Assembly (NCBI RefSeq): GCF_000354175.2
Contig: NC_022349.1
Coordinates: forward strand, 2,250,001-2,282,000
Source of the DNA: Vibrio alginolyticus NBRC 15630 = ATCC 17749
GTDB lineage: Bacteria; Pseudomonadota; Gammaproteobacteria; Enterobacterales; Vibrionaceae
Direction: 5' to 3'
Length of the DNA stretch: 32,000 nt
Numbering within the stretch: the first letter of the stretch is position 1; each line of letters opens with the position of its first letter. Shown here piece by piece: positions 31,321-32,000 of the stretch. The translations under genes were made by a program, and so were the position numbers. The notes below the pieces were generated by a model. It saw only the letters and a list, made by a program, of their open reading frames with translations, searched no databases and was not told the DNA's origin.

Positions 31321-32000
31321 ATGACACCAGAAGACGAACAACAACGCGCGCGGCAAGGTATCTTGCTAGCGATTGGCGCGTATACCATGTGGGGCATTGC
31401 GCCGATGTACTTTAAGTCCATCGCACAAGTATCTCCTTTGGAAATTCTAAGCCACCGAGTGATATGGTCTTTCTTTTTGCTTGCTGCACTCCTCCATTTT
31501 GGCCGTCACTGGCGCTCGGCTTACCACATCGCGAAAGACAAAACGAAAATCGCTTACCTGATCGCAAGTTCCATGCTAATTGGCGGCAATTGGTTGATTT
31601 TCATTTGGGCGGTAAACTCGAATCATATGCTCGACGCCAGCTTAGGTTATTACATTAACCCACTGATCAACGTCTTACTCGGGATGGTATTTTTGGGAGA
31701 GAGACTGCGTAAATTACAGTGGTTCGCGGTTGTATTGGCAGGTTGTGGCGTACTCGTTCAACTGATTGTATTTGGCTCCGTACCTGTTGTTGCGATGGCG
31801 TTAGCAATGAGCTTCGGCTTTTATGGCTTATTAAGAAAGAAAGTCAGTGTCGATGCAAAAACTGGCTTGTTTATCGAGACATTACTTCTACTGCCAGTGG
31901 CCGCTGTTTATTTGCTTTTTATTGCCGATACACCAACCTCAAATATGCTTACGAATCCACTTACGTTAAATAGTTTGTTGATCGCGGCTGGGGTTATAAC
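31321..32000 (+). CDS. rarD: EamA/RarD-family transporter RarD, N-terminal ~226 codons (runs off the window end)
   Basis: Absent from the ORF track because there is no stop in the window. My translation is MTPEDEQQRARQGILLAIGAYTMWGIAPMYFKSI...SHRVIWSFF...IGGNWLIFIWAVNSNHMLDASLGYYINPLINVLLGMVFLGERLRKLQW..., colinear with E. coli RarD. AGGTGA lies upstream. Confidence 0.9.
   Translation, partial: MTPEDEQQRARQGILLAIGAYTMWGIAPMYFKSIAQVSPLEILSHRVIWSFFLLAALLHFGRHWRSAYHIAKDKTKIAYLIASSMLIGGNWLIFIWAVNSNHMLDASLGYYINPLINVLLGMVFLGERLRKLQWFAVVLAGCGVLVQLIVFGSVPVVAMALAMSFGFYGLLRKKVSVDAKTGLFIETLLLLPVAAVYLLFIADTPTSNMLTNPLTLNSLLIAAGVI

Overview
This window reads as a core-chromosome region of a Vibrio. The 16S and 23S signatures and the Fre, UbiD and RecQ-like proteins resemble the Harveyi clade, but that assignment is from memory, not a search. 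Almost every gene is a recognisable housekeeping gene, and gene order matches the E. coli 85-87 min loci.

Gene content, left to right:
- Minus strand: xerC (5' part), yigA, dapF, lysA, lptM.
- cyaY (+) and cyaA (-, TTG start).
- hemC-hemD-hemX-hemY (+).
- About 590 bp with no credible ORF.
- A complete minus-strand rRNA operon: tandem P1 and P2 promoters, boxA, 16S, tRNA-Ile(GAU), tRNA-Ala(UGC), boxA, 23S, 5S, tRNA-Ser(UGA), terminator.
- ubiD, a small [2Fe-2S] ferredoxin and fre (-).
- A secreted 330-aa protein of unknown function (-).
- rho (-), trxA (-), rhlB (+), gppA (+).
- An orphan 547-aa fusion of two NAD(P)-oxidoreductase domains (+).
- yhhQ (-) with a candidate preQ1-I riboswitch.
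- recQ plus a coupled 101-aa acidic protein (-).
- rarD (+, runs off the window end).

I see no CRISPR array, mobile element, phage gene or defence island, and no convincing novel multi-gene system.

The observations most worth a second look:
1. The orphan RmlD-like plus Gfo/Idh/MocA-like fusion protein.
2. An internal, roughly 100-aa duplication that makes UbiD 617 aa long.
3. A YfaE-like ferredoxin translationally coupled between ubiD and fre.
4. The unannotated preQ1-I-like pseudoknot in front of yhhQ.
5. The ORF-free AT-rich stretch at the 3' side of tRNA-Ser.

The ORF track uses alternative start codons. I re-derived several starts by alignment to E. coli homologues recalled from memory.
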